Shown one piece after another: positions 10,407-19,880 of a DNA stretch of 64,000 nt. The notes under the pieces are model-generated. The model did no database searches and was not told the DNA's origin. It saw nothing but the letters and a program-made list of their open reading frames with translations. Location: NCBI GenBank assembly GCA_963678065.2, contig CAXXVZ010000003.1:832001-896000 (forward strand), read 5' to 3'. Each line of letters begins with the position of its first letter. Position 1 is the stretch's first letter. Both the position numbers and the translations under genes were made by a program. The stretch comes from Treponemataceae bacterium. GTDB taxonomy: Bacteria; Spirochaetota; Spirochaetia; Treponematales; Rectinemataceae.

Positions 10407-11614
10407 GAAAGCACGTCGAAGAGTGGAAGCTGGGCGGGACGGAAATCTTCCGTAAACAGTCTGTTTTTTCCAGGTTGCAGACTGTCAGTGCGAAGAAGCT
10501 CTCCGGCACCGAGTAGATGGGTTCTCAGACTCTCCTTGACCGAATCCGAAGGAGGAAGAATGTGGGTGGCGCCATGGTCCCAGGTCACACAGCGGATATT
10601 GTTTTCCCCTATCCAGCGGGCATCCAGCAATTCGGGACTGTGCGATGTAACAATGACTTGTGTACCCTCCGCCGCTTCCATGATGGCATCCATGACCGCG
10701 CCGAGAGCGCCTGGGTGAATCGTGGCTTCGGGCTCCTCGATGACGACGAGCGAGGGTTTGGGAGTCTGAAAAAACGCAAGAAGGATACCGAGTATCCTGA
10801 CCGTCCCATCGGACATATTGAAGGATTCGAACTTGAGTTGATGATTATTTCCGACATTCTGCTTGAACTCGAAGGTCATTTTGTTCCCGCGACTCACTGC
10901 ATTCACAGATTCGGTATCAGGAACCGCGTTAGAAAGGTATTCCAGAAGCCTTTCGTAATTTTCTTTATTGTTTTTTGTCAAAGTTTTGAGAACACTCGCC
11001 GCATTGGAGCCATCGGATTTGAGCGCCGTTCCGGCGTCGGCATCCTGCATTTCTTTCATGGCTTTGGGAACGATCGAATAGACTCTGAATCCGCTCAAGA
11101 TACGATAGATCGGGGCGAAGCGCTCATCCCCGGCGACAAGCGGAAGGCACAAGGATTGCGGGGAAACCGGGGGATGAAGGTTCTGGACATTCGGACTGGA
11201 CTTAAACGAATCGGTCCTGTCATACCAGTAGGCATTTCCATCATACAATTTCAGATAGCACTGCTCGCGGAGCACCTCGAATCCATAATCCGGTTTGGCG
11301 CGGATCTCGAACGAGAAGAAACCATTACGGATCGTTCCACCATCATCGCCGATCTCCACCTTGATGCCGAAATTGGCCGGGTAGCCTTTGCCGGAAGCCC
11401 TATGGCGGACCGAGGAAATGCCGGCTCTGTTGTCAAAAACCACGTCCAGGGGGGATCTCATGGCATCAGCGATAAATCCGAAGATATCGGCGAAGTTGCT
11501 CTTGCCGGAACCATTTCGGCCGACAACAAAGAGAGGATTGTCGAGTGGGATATCTGCGGCCACGATGCTGCGAAAGCGTTTGACGACGATCCGTTTTACT
11601 ATCGGAGCTTTCAT
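10403..11614 (-). CDS. AAA_21/ABC-type ATPase
   Basis: GRNGSGKS Walker A, MSDGT signature, IEEPE Walker B, TSHS H-loop; start trimmed to MKAPIV. Confidence 0.9.
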   Translation of the reverse strand: MKAPIVKRIVVKRFRSIVAADIPLDNPLFVVGRNGSGKSNFADIFGFIADAMRSPLDVVFDNRAGISSVRHRASGKGYPANFGIKVEIGDDGGTIRNGFFSFEIRAKPDYGFEVLREQCYLKLYDGNAYWYDRTDSFKSSPNVQNLHPPVSPQSLCLPLVAGDERFAPIYRILSGFRVYSIVPKAMKEMQDADAGTALKSDGSNAASVLKTLTKNNKENYERLLEYLSNAVPDTESVNAVSRGNKMTFEFKQNVGNNHQLKFESFNMSDGTVRILGILLAFFQTPKPSLVVIEEPEATIHPGALGAVMDAIMEAAEGTQVIVTSHSPELLDARWIGENNIRCVTWDHGATHILPPSDSVKESLRTHLLGAGELLRTDSLQPGKNRLFTEDFRPAQLPLFDVLS

Positions 11615-11618
11615 CTTT

Positions 11619-12080
11619 TTACCGTCCCCGTGATGGTTCGACGAGCAGGATTCGCAAGGCGGCAAGCACTCTCCGGGGGTATTTGCGGTGCATGGCCATG
11701 CCAAGCCAGTACGCGGATTCTTCCCGGCCCATGCGTTCGATACCATTGGACACGGAACGCATGTACTCGGCATTATGCATTGGAGCCAACGTGCGGAACA
11801 GTAATCCGAGACTCATGGCAAGGTCCTCGGGCAGAGTATAGGCGACTGGAACTTCGGAAAGCAGGCCGGCGACCGCGATCTCGCGCTCCTTGAGGCGCTT
11901 TACGACACGATGTTCGACCAGGGCAAGGTTGCGACCACGCAGACCGGCTACGCGAAGGCGCGCCCTGAGGTTTGGTGTGGCAGTAGAAGGAAGCTGCCAG
12001 ACTTCCAGTTCAAGGTCGGAGGGTCCGTGCTGGACGGCTTTCAGTTCGTATCGTGGCTGTGCATCCATTCGGTTCTCCAT
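11619..12080 (-). CDS. DUF3780-like small protein of DUF499 systems
   Basis: Immediately downstream of DUF499; C-terminal EESAYW...ALRILL pattern. Confidence 0.6.
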   Translation of the reverse strand: MENRMDAQPRYELKAVQHGPSDLELEVWQLPSTATPNLRARLRVAGLRGRNLALVEHRVVKRLKEREIAVAGLLSEVPVAYTLPEDLAMSLGLLFRTLAPMHNAEYMRSVSNGIERMGREESAYWLGMAMHRKYPRRVLAALRILLVEPSRGR

Positions 12081-12083
12081 TCT

Positions 12084-15000
12084 TTATTGCTTCGGAAACG
12101 CACGAAGCGAAGCGTTCATGGCACTCAGTCCAAGACGGGTCAGGGATTCCTGCAGGCGGTTCGGACCTTCGCCTGTTGTAGAAAATCCGTCGCTTTCGTA
12201 GAGGACCCGGTACTCCAACTGGACTGTCCTTTCGCGAACAGGTCTCAGCATAGTGACAAGAAAATCCTTGAAAGGAGCCCCTTCTTCCAGAGTACCGGAA
12301 AAATCCACCACACAGGAACCGGAAGAGGCAGTTTTCCAGCTGGCCTTGATCTTGAGCAATTTCTTGCCGGCAAGCATGGCGAACTGCGGCATCAGACTGA
12401 AGGCGTCAATATCATAGGCAGAAATTTCGATACGGGCAAGGGCAGCGATTTTCTTGGACTCTGTCTCGTCCCAGAGGATGGCAAAGCATTCTTTGAGAGG
12501 CTTATTGTCGATGAAAATCGGACCGGCGACGCCTGAAGTGCTATCAGTGCCACCACCCTCCCCTCCTGTTCCCTCCCTTACCTCCGAAATCGGGGTCGGA
12601 GGCGGTACGACAACCGTTCGGGGCCAGATGGATTCCGCAGCGGCCTGGACCAGTGTGTAAATCCAGCTCTGTTCGTCGATCTGGATCATGGCCCGCGGAT
12701 CTTTGGGACCGCAGACAAGATCTCCCCGCCTGTAGACGAAATAGTCGGAATCGATGCCTGCCTGGAGGATCTTGATGAAGGCGCCGTCAGCGGCGAGCAT
12801 CGGAAGCGCGGGATCCCGGTAGAACTCGACTCGCAGGGCAAGCGTCGTCTGAACGCCTCGCTTGAGCGGCGTGCGGTCGATGATGAACACGGGTGAGTAG
12901 GGCTGATCAGCAGTATCGTAGAGTTTTTTCACATCATGGAGGTAGCGCTCGACCTGTTTCTGTCCGGAACCGGGATCGGCCGAGGTATTGGGAATATCGA
13001 GGACAGCATGCTTGAGGCTGATGCCGGGTTCGAACTGCTCAACTTTCGGGTAGAGAATATGCCGGTAGCATTGCTGAACTGATACTGCCAGATCGGAAAT
13101 GGCAGTCTGCGCGAGTTCGCGGATCTTGTCCTGCTGATGCGGCGGCAGGGAACGGATGCGATCCGGGGCTTTCATCGCATCGAGGGCAAGCTTGCGACGG
13201 GATTTTTGCTTCATCTCGTCCTTGCGCCCATGATCCGCCACGACAAACACAACATTGTTGCGTCCGATCCGCAAGTCCTTATTGGCTCCCTTGTACTGCC
13301 AGATGTTTTTGACAAGATCAGGCAGCGCCTGAGTGATGCCGCCGAGATCGCAGGCGTCGTAACTCACCACAGAAAGCACTGGCCGGTTTGGACGTGCATC
13401 ATCGGGGACATCAGAAGGCGAAGATGGGAAGTGAACCTGTTCGAATGTGGTGCCTTTGAAAATCATTTTAATCAGATCATCAAGGACGGCGCGGGCATCT
13501 CCGGAATCGACATTACGCTCTTCGCGCCTGATGAGCATGGTGAGGTTGGCGTCCTGCAGGAACCGAAGCGGGGCATTGGGACGATCATCGCGGTAGGCTG
13601 AATTCTCGACAAACCTGCGCTCCGCGTCCTGGAGATAGCCAAGGTCGACACCGGGTGCAAGCACGGAATAATACAGCTCGGGCTTTTTGCAGCCCTGGAG
13701 GTCGGGATTGAGAGCTAGGGAATGGCAGAGCACGGTCCGCGCCACCATGGAGGCATAGGGCGGCATACCCGCGTACTCGCGCGCATCCGTCACTTGCGCC
13801 CATGAGGGCGTATTGCGGTCCTGCGAGGCGACATCGGATTTTACCGCTGGGGTAAGCTGGGACTGATTGAGGCGGGTGAGGATTTCATTGGAAATGGATT
13901 CGTCGCCCGGGTTTATATGCCAGGTATGGATGGAGAGCGCATTGGCCGGTCTGTCCTGCCAGAGTACACGGACAGTTTTTGCGAGAAGCCGGAGCATGCC
14001 ACGAACACGCTGGAAGGTCGGCAGGGTCGAGAGTTTGAGCGTGAGGACGGACATAAGCTCGGGGTGGAGGGGATAGGATGCCATGAACTGTTTTTCCCAG
14101 TCTCCGTGGTTCTTGTCCTGGGGCAGGTCGCTCTTGTGACGCTCCCATAGAAGTCGGTAAGCATCCACAAGCTGTCCGGAATCATGCTCAGACACTTGAG
14201 CGAAGAGGCGCCGCTTCAGAACCTTGGCTGTCTCTTCGTCTCCTGTCGGGTCGATGAGCACGGCTTTGCGCGCGGAAATGCTTTCGGCTTCCATAAAGAA
14301 GTTGGCGATCATGTTCGCGATCGCCTCATTCTCCTTACCGTGGGCATCGGTCGACGAGTTGTTCTTGCCGACTGCGAGTGTGAATACGATGGCGGCCTTC
14401 GGACTTGATTCGACTGCCTTGAAGATGGTTGTCAGGAAGGAGGCGAGCCTCTCATCCATGTCAGGCCATTTGCTGCGGGCTTTGCGGAGGTAGACTGCGA
14501 GTTCGTCCACCAGGATGAGGCAGGGTTCGTTTCCAATAAGCTCGCGGAGTGTGTCGGCACCGGGAGGGATGCCCAGCTCGTCGCTCTGGCGAATCCGCTC
14601 ATAACCGGCTTTGCCCGCAAGGGCTAGAGCGAGTTCGCCCCAGGGGGTGAATGCTTTGATGCAATGCTCGGGATAGGAGTGGCCATTGATGGGATCGATG
14701 TTCTCGCCCTCGAGGCCCGCGATCCTGACGGATGTTACGGGGAGAATGGCGGGATCGATGAAGTCGGCAATGTTCGGGACGCTGCGTGCGGATGCTACGG
14801 CGTGGACCAGGGCAATGAGGCTATGGGTTTTACCGCCGCCGAAGCTGGTATGAAGGCGGAAAATACTTGAAAGCTGTCGTAGGTCGCCCGTGAGCCGGTA
14901 GCATACCTGGGTCAGGAGATTCTTGAGGCCCGCCGTGGGATAGGTGAAGGCGAAGAATTTCTCAGGATCGCAGTATTCTTGTGATCCTTCCGAACGGAGA

Positions 15001-15098
15001 ACCTGCGCGAGGTCGGCCGCAAAGTCGGATTCGGAGATACTGCCATGGAGGACGTCGTCACGGGGGGTGCAAAGATCGAAGATTGTGGGCAAGGGCAT
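12084..15098 (-). CDS. DUF499 AAA+ ATPase
   Basis: FAADL, FFAFTYPT, TSFGGGKTH, ILVDEL, YPLHP and FQRVRGMLRLL motifs. Confidence 0.9.
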   Translation of the reverse strand: MPLPTIFDLCTPRDDVLHGSISESDFAADLAQVLRSEGSQEYCDPEKFFAFTYPTAGLKNLLTQVCYRLTGDLRQLSSIFRLHTSFGGGKTHSLIALVHAVASARSVPNIADFIDPAILPVTSVRIAGLEGENIDPINGHSYPEHCIKAFTPWGELALALAGKAGYERIRQSDELGIPPGADTLRELIGNEPCLILVDELAVYLRKARSKWPDMDERLASFLTTIFKAVESSPKAAIVFTLAVGKNNSSTDAHGKENEAIANMIANFFMEAESISARKAVLIDPTGDEETAKVLKRRLFAQVSEHDSGQLVDAYRLLWERHKSDLPQDKNHGDWEKQFMASYPLHPELMSVLTLKLSTLPTFQRVRGMLRLLAKTVRVLWQDRPANALSIHTWHINPGDESISNEILTRLNQSQLTPAVKSDVASQDRNTPSWAQVTDAREYAGMPPYASMVARTVLCHSLALNPDLQGCKKPELYYSVLAPGVDLGYLQDAERRFVENSAYRDDRPNAPLRFLQDANLTMLIRREERNVDSGDARAVLDDLIKMIFKGTTFEQVHFPSSPSDVPDDARPNRPVLSVVSYDACDLGGITQALPDLVKNIWQYKGANKDLRIGRNNVVFVVADHGRKDEMKQKSRRKLALDAMKAPDRIRSLPPHQQDKIRELAQTAISDLAVSVQQCYRHILYPKVEQFEPGISLKHAVLDIPNTSADPGSGQKQVERYLHDVKKLYDTADQPYSPVFIIDRTPLKRGVQTTLALRVEFYRDPALPMLAADGAFIKILQAGIDSDYFVYRRGDLVCGPKDPRAMIQIDEQSWIYTLVQAAAESIWPRTVVVPPPTPISEVREGTGGEGGGTDSTSGVAGPIFIDNKPLKECFAILWDETESKKIAALARIEISAYDIDAFSLMPQFAMLAGKKLLKIKASWKTASSGSCVVDFSGTLEEGAPFKDFLVTMLRPVRERTVQLEYRVLYESDGFSTTGEGPNRLQESLTRLGLSAMNASLRAFPKQ

Positions 15099-15165
15099 AG
15101 GGGCTCCCGGATTATATGATATTTGTATTATTTCAGCATCCCAAGTTATCAAGGGATAGCATACT

Positions 15166-15348
15166 TTAAATTCGTAAACGACGACAGGTTGTTTTTGAGG
15201 TTACGTTTGACTTATGGGCAAGCCTCTCCCAAAAGCTTCGGTTGTTCGCTGCGAATGCAGGTACAACCAGCGTGGTGAAAGCTAAGAATGACATGATGAT
15301 TCTGAACGAGCTCCGCAAAGTATCTCTCATAAGGTTCCTTCCTTTCAT
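15166..15348 (-). CDS. short, probably truncated secreted protein (last cassette remnant)
   Basis: Signal-peptide-like sequence ending AFA; follows a GTTGGAG core site. Confidence 0.35.
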   Translation of the reverse strand: MKGRNLMRDTLRSSFRIIMSFLAFTTLVVPAFAANNRSFWERLAHKSNVTSKTTCRRLRI

Positions 15349-15418
15349 TATTTGTTGTTGTCAGGCCCCTTGTCTTGTTTCCGCTTCTGACGTCCTAGAG
15401 CAAGACCGAGAATCACTG

Positions 15419-15514
15419 CTCCAACGATTATAACTACCCAGGCTACTTTCGAGTTGCCGGTTTGAAATAGTATGGCGGTAATTGCGGCAAAGGCGACTGA
15501 GATGGCTGTTGGGA
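15419..15514 (-). other. degenerate attC-like site
   Basis: TCCCAAC ... imperfect inverted repeat ... GTTGGAG just after the stop of 15535-16110. Confidence 0.45.
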
Positions 15515-15534
15515 TTTGTCTCATCGCAGCCCTC

Positions 15535-16110
15535 CTAGCGTGCAGGTTCTATGCTATTTAGGAATGGCTCGAAGAACTCCCTGTTCGCCTTTTCAAATCT
15601 TTCGACCGCCGTGCCGCAGGTGATGATAAAGCCCCTTTTGCCGATAACAAAAGTGATGCTCCGCATCGTGCCCAAGACATTTCCCTTCATCTGGTATTGA
15701 TGTTCAACTGCCTTGAACTTTCCATCCTTGCCGATGTTGATGAACCGTACAACAATTCGCTTATACCCCGGGACTGGGAATGGCTTTGACTCGATCATTT
15801 GCTTGAAACCATCTAGGTCTGACTCAGTCACGCCGTCAGCGATTTTAATGTTCACATTCTCGTCCCTGAAAGCAGGATTGACCAGGAAAAACGGCGTCTC
15901 TCCGGATATACGTGAGCGAAGAGGTCCAGGATTCTCAGCGGAATAGAGATCAATCCCTTGGGGGACCAGGAACGCCAACCCAACTTGCTTGTTTTCGACT
16001 CTACTTCCCGTAGGGGTGTCTGTGCTCTTCGTTTGAGCCTGACCTTGTGGAACGAGGGTCATAAGGGCAAGAAGAACGGAAACGATTAGAGTTGCTGTTT
16101 TCACCTTCAT
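15535..16110 (-). CDS. cassette-borne secreted protein (possibly PsbP/DcrB-like fold)
   Basis: AGGAGG RBS, signal peptide, starts 33 nt after the GTTCGGT core site. Confidence 0.7.
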   Translation of the reverse strand: MKVKTATLIVSVLLALMTLVPQGQAQTKSTDTPTGSRVENKQVGLAFLVPQGIDLYSAENPGPLRSRISGETPFFLVNPAFRDENVNIKIADGVTESDLDGFKQMIESKPFPVPGYKRIVVRFINIGKDGKFKAVEHQYQMKGNVLGTMRSITFVIGKRGFIITCGTAVERFEKANREFFEPFLNSIEPAR

Positions 16111-16136
16111 TGTTTGTGATCCTCCTTTTTTTAGTT

Positions 16137-16251
16137 ACCGAACATAGAGTTCAGTTGCCCCACCGAATGAAGTCCTGCAATCACAGTTCCATGAATTGGA
16201 GCGACACTTGCATACGGCCTTATAGGGGTCAACTGCAACGACTTGTTAGGA
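16137..16251 (-). other. attC site
   Basis: TCCTAAC-AAGTC-GTTGCAGTTGACC ... GGGGCAACTGAAC-TCTAT-GTTCGGT; canonical arms with extrahelical bases. R'' complements the cassette start GTTAGG at 17288. Confidence 0.9.
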
Positions 16252-16348
16252 TCCTCAGGGCGGCCAGGGCACATGCTATTCCATCGGCTTGTCTTGCGGG
16301 TGCAGCCGGATGCTACGTCAAGAACGATTGGAATGCGCCGGGCTAAGT

Positions 16349-17263
16349 TCACGCGTACCAAACGACATGGCCTGAGGAGTCTTCGATTCTGTTCCAGCAC
16401 CAGCTGAGATTCCCTTCCATCCCCCGGCGGTTGACAAAATTCTCAGCAACTCTCTCCATGAGCGCAAGACCTCCTTTGGCCAGCAGCATTTCGCCTATCT
16501 CTCGCCCACGTCTGTGTCTTCCTTCTGTGTTATATGCTTCGGTAGAACCACCAATCAACCCATCTGCCTTGTCGATTGCCAGAAGCTCATCAACGTATTG
16601 ATCCAGTTCCGCGCCTAGGCTGTAAGCTTGGGCGAGATCGGTTCCGTGTTCGTCCTCGTGACTTCTCAGCGCCGCGGTCAGACACCTTGAACACGCGACC
16701 CAGAGAGGACGGCCGTCGCCGCCGCTCAAGTAGGACAATGTGGACGCGTTGCGCCCGAGATCCCTCTCAAAGTCGGCCCGTCGATCCTCAGGGATTGTCA
16801 TAAATACCGTGCGCTCAAAGCCGATAGCCATGCAGAAGTTGCATCGCATCTGGGAATCGAGGCGAAATGGCCAGCCATCCCACTCGACACAAAACGTGCG
16901 GCCGCAACTCGGGCATCCAACTTGGATGACATAGTTGGCCTTCGGGTTCTCCTGTTGTCGATTGACATACCACGCAACTTCGCGACCTCGTTCTGGGAAG
17001 ACAACATCGTACGCCACCTTCCCACACCAGGGGCACTGCGGATTTTCTAGAGAGATGCCTTGATATCCGAAGAAGACTTCAACCTGCTTAGGAGTCCAGC
17101 CCACAGGGCAGCCCGGCCGATCTTCGCAAGGGACTTGCACAGGGGTCTTGCAGGCAGGACAAACCAAGCTTGTTCCATAGGCAGGGTTCCTCCGGGGTAG
17201 TGTCACGTTCTCGCCACATGAGCGACAGCGCGTTGTCCAAGTAGTCTCCGAGGTATCTGTCAT
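16349..17263 (-). CDS. cassette-borne multi-Zn-ribbon hypothetical protein
   Basis: AAGGAG RBS, ATG at 17263; six CxxC motifs (CRSC, CPAC, CPWC, CPSC, CNFC, CSRC). Confidence 0.75.
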   Translation of the reverse strand: MTDTSETTWTTRCRSCGENVTLPRRNPAYGTSLVCPACKTPVQVPCEDRPGCPVGWTPKQVEVFFGYQGISLENPQCPWCGKVAYDVVFPERGREVAWYVNRQQENPKANYVIQVGCPSCGRTFCVEWDGWPFRLDSQMRCNFCMAIGFERTVFMTIPEDRRADFERDLGRNASTLSYLSGGDGRPLWVACSRCLTAALRSHEDEHGTDLAQAYSLGAELDQYVDELLAIDKADGLIGGSTEAYNTEGRHRRGREIGEMLLAKGGLALMERVAENFVNRRGMEGNLSWCWNRIEDSSGHVVWYA

Positions 17264-17281
17264 TCGTGGTCTCCTTAGTGT

Positions 17282-17362
17282 GCCTAACATTATCGTTCTA
17301 TCCTGCGGAATCGAGCGACAAACGACTCTCGTTGCGCCGAAGGATAGCGGCACAAATAGAAT
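17282..17362 (-). repeat. partial diverged copy of the recombinase/HUH element terminal hairpin
   Basis: Aligns by eye with 19771-19851 (shared TTCTATCCTGCGGAATCG); ends in core site GTTAGGC. Confidence 0.75.
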
Positions 17363-17384
17363 GTTTTGAACAACCGGGCCACAG

Positions 17385-17480
17385 ACCGCACGTTGGCGAA
17401 ATAACCAAGAAGCAAATGGAACTCTACAAATCACTCGGAGTAGAGACCCCGACCAAGGTATAATTGAATGGGAACTCAGG
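17385..17480 (+). mobile_element. IS1634-like right-end remnant
   Basis: Encodes VGEITKKQMELYKSLGV..*, similar to the C-terminus of the 22673 transposase, then GGGAACTCAGG resembling that element's terminal repeat. Left border uncertain. Confidence 0.65.
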
Positions 17481-17865
17481 ATACAACAGCCCGGTACCAT
17501 TTCACGCCGCCTTAATGCCGGAGGCCGTCCACCCAGTACACAGGTTTCCCGATGGACTCTTTTCACAGTGCACACGCTAATCACTGCTTTTGACCTCGTC
17601 AAACTCACTTTCGACACTTCTTCGGACGGTTCACTTTCGTTCGTCTCCTGATACCACACCTGACCCCGTCATGCAGGGCCTTTTCCAGATACGTTCACCA
17701 CCGGGACTCTTTATCCAAGCAGCTTCTGGCGGTTTGAGACCGGCTCCTGTAAGCAGATCCCAAGGCTCCCGTTTCCTTGCGAAAATGGTTCCTCATCTGT
17801 CGCATAGCTCCTATGACACCTCCTGAATCTCCATTCAAAGGTGCCCATCAGATCTCGTGGCACAC
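17481..17865 (-). ncRNA. group II intron 5' fragment (domain I), IIB-like
   Basis: Begins GTGTG; contains GAAAGTGAACC..GTGTCGAAA and GGCGGCGTGA segments recognisable as domain I; stem-loop with EBS1 candidate AGCGTGT complementary to the upstream exon at 6/7; no RT ORF remains. Confidence 0.7.
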
Positions 17866-17879
17866 AGCGGGTGTTAGGC
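17866..17879 (-). other. attC left end (R'' plus spacer) interrupted by the intron
   Basis: GCCTAAC-ACCCGCT directly precedes the intron 5' end. Confidence 0.6.
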
Positions 17880-18008
17880 CACTCAGATTTATGATAATCT
17901 CTATGTCTTTTTAGTCATGATTGTCTATTGCTGTTGCATGTAGTTTTTGTCTGCTAACGCTTTTGGCATGTATCTGGTAACAGTATTACTTCTTCCTTGT
18001 AATACACG

Positions 18009-18425
18009 TCATATTTTAATATTCAAATATAGTAATGCAATACTGGCAAACAATAAAAGCATCAAAATAACATTGCAGAGATTTGGTATATGGTACCCTA
18101 TGATCTTCCTTCTAGATTTATTCTTTCCCAATTTTGTTCTTGCCAAGTCGTCAATATCTATTGCAGGATGTTTTTTATTTTCTGTTCTCAGTCTCTCATC
18201 AATAATCAGATCTAATTTGTATTGCGACCTTTTGATTGTTTCCGCCATTAGTATGCAAATGGTTAAGCCGATACCCAATATGACGACACTAATCCAAGGA
18301 TTCACGCCCAGTGAAGCAACAGCACCTCCTATAATGATGGAGAAGAAGGTAAGAAAAAAATTGAATCTTTGACATAAAAGATTTTCCAAAAACGCCCTTT
18401 CATCACTCATGCTCCATTCTGACAT
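18009..18425 (-). CDS. cassette-borne small membrane protein (3 TM)
   Basis: GGAGG RBS, three hydrophobic segments, low GC. Confidence 0.75.
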   Translation of the reverse strand: MSEWSMSDERAFLENLLCQRFNFFLTFFSIIIGGAVASLGVNPWISVVILGIGLTICILMAETIKRSQYKLDLIIDERLRTENKKHPAIDIDDLARTKLGKNKSRRKIIGYHIPNLCNVILMLLLFASIALLYLNIKI

Positions 18426-18970
18426 ACTTCCTCCATATAAGAGAAAAGGATCGAAGTTTGCTTCATAAAAACCTATTTGCCCGACTGTGCGTCAGATTCA
18501 TTTTTCCTTTTTTTCTTTAAAAATCAAGTTTTCTTTCTATTGCTCATTTGTTGCAGAAGAAATGTAGTTGTGGCAAAGACTCTTGCTTTTCGATACTTAC
18601 AGCATAGCCTTCCTAGTACGCGAGGTTTTTCAAACCGCTTTTGTTGGTATCCGATTTCTTTTGTAGCCAATTTCTGCATAATTTTCATGTCCATAAAGCA
18701 AATGACCGATTTCATGCAAGAACATGAAGGTAATAGCTATTGTAAATATATTATTTGCAAAACCTATGAACAATTCCGATTCACTAGTAGGATTTCCAAC
18801 AAAGTCCGGAGATGGAAGTCCGTTTGGCCAATCTGAAAATCCATTTAAAGCTATTTGCATACAATAATTTTTCATCATATAAATATGATGATTCATTCCG
18901 TCGGTATCTGGTAAAAACTCTGCATCGGGATTAACGAGCAATAGTTCATTTGTTTTTTCTTGAAAAGCGA

Positions 18971-19517
18971 ATCAACTACCCCGCAGCAAGCTGCGGGGTA
19001 TGAAGAAGCTCTATTCAAACAACGCTAGCTGTTTGCTCTGATATATTGATTCATACTCTACGGGATTCCTTCCTTGATTCTTCACATATTCCGTTATTGT
19101 TTCTTCATTGCCATACTTCCCTACTGTGCCTACATAGTACCCTTTCGTCCACAATTCTCCACCCCATAATATTCTTTTTACTTCTGGCCTTCGTGCAAAT
19201 AGCTCTCTCGCGGTTATACTTTTTATTGTTTGCACTATTTGTTTTGGACTACTTGTTGGTACTGATTGTACTAGAAAATGTACATGATCTTTTTCTGTTC
19301 CTATCTCCAAAAAATGTATTTCATATCTGTTTTCAATTTCTAAACAAATTTTCTTTATTTCATCTTCAACATCATTCGTTATTACTACTCTTCTATACTT
19401 TGCAGGACATACTATGTGATACATCAACACTGACACATTATGGCTCTTATGGATAAACTCACTCATACTCTATTTTACTACGACGCAGCAAGCTGCGGGG
19501 AATTATACCCGTAGAGA
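18971..19517 (-). mobile_element. IS200-type element, copy 1 (547 bp)
   Basis: Subterminal CGCAGC-TT-GCTGCG hairpins, ends TCTCTACG...TTGAT, no target duplication, inserted 3' of TTCAA. Confidence 0.92.
19011..19466 (-). CDS. tnpA: IS200/IS605 Y1 transposase
   Basis: YHIVCPAKYRR, DHVH (HUH), LWTKGYYV, YVKNQ. Confidence 0.95.
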   Translation of the reverse strand: MSEFIHKSHNVSVLMYHIVCPAKYRRVVITNDVEDEIKKICLEIENRYEIHFLEIGTEKDHVHFLVQSVPTSSPKQIVQTIKSITARELFARRPEVKRILWGGELWTKGYYVGTVGKYGNEETITEYVKNQGRNPVEYESIYQSKQLALFE

Positions 19518-19770
19518 TTGAAAAATAACAAAACACCACAAATAGTTTAAAAACTTTCTGACACACAAATTTGTTTCGTTTCATAAACAAACTTAGGTCC
19601 ATAAAACTTTTTTAAATCTGGATCTACATATATTCTTCGATTAATTTTGCCTGTTAAACTTGAATGTAATGCAATCACATCCGAGTTTATACTTTCAAAT
19701 TTTGAAAGAATGTTCACTTTTAATGCCATTACTGGCGTCATCTTTTTCCCTTTTTTCGCGCGAAGCGTCC

Positions 19771-19880
19771 ACCCAACATTAGCATTCTATCCTGCGGAAT
19801 CGCGCAACACACGATTCTCGATGCACTACAGGAGGGTGGCACACCGAGAATTCGATTCTGCAGGATAGAACGTGTTGCAC
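19771..19880 (-). other. non-canonical attC-like hairpin of the recombinase/HUH cassette (copy 1)
   Basis: GTGCAACA-CGTTCTATCCTGCAGAATCG ... CGATTCCGCAGGATAGAATG-CTAA-TGTTGGGT. Confidence 0.75.

Larger units (their letters stand above)
18524..19741 (-). pseudogene. HEXXH metallopeptidase, possibly Lit/peptidase U49-like; IS200-interrupted and frameshifted
   Basis: Fragments join on removing the IS (FSIAFQEKTNELLLVNPD); FMFLHEIGHLLYGH motif. Confidence 0.55.

Noticed and set aside
16349..17659. 436-aa ORF
   Set aside because: The 5' part crosses intron, IS and att sequence; the RBS supports ATG 17263.
18430..18520. attC between the peptidase remnant and the membrane gene
   Set aside because: No RYYYAAC/GTT pair or hairpin found.
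18971..19517. TnpB/omega-RNA system
   Set aside because: Elements are tnpA-only, 547 bp.
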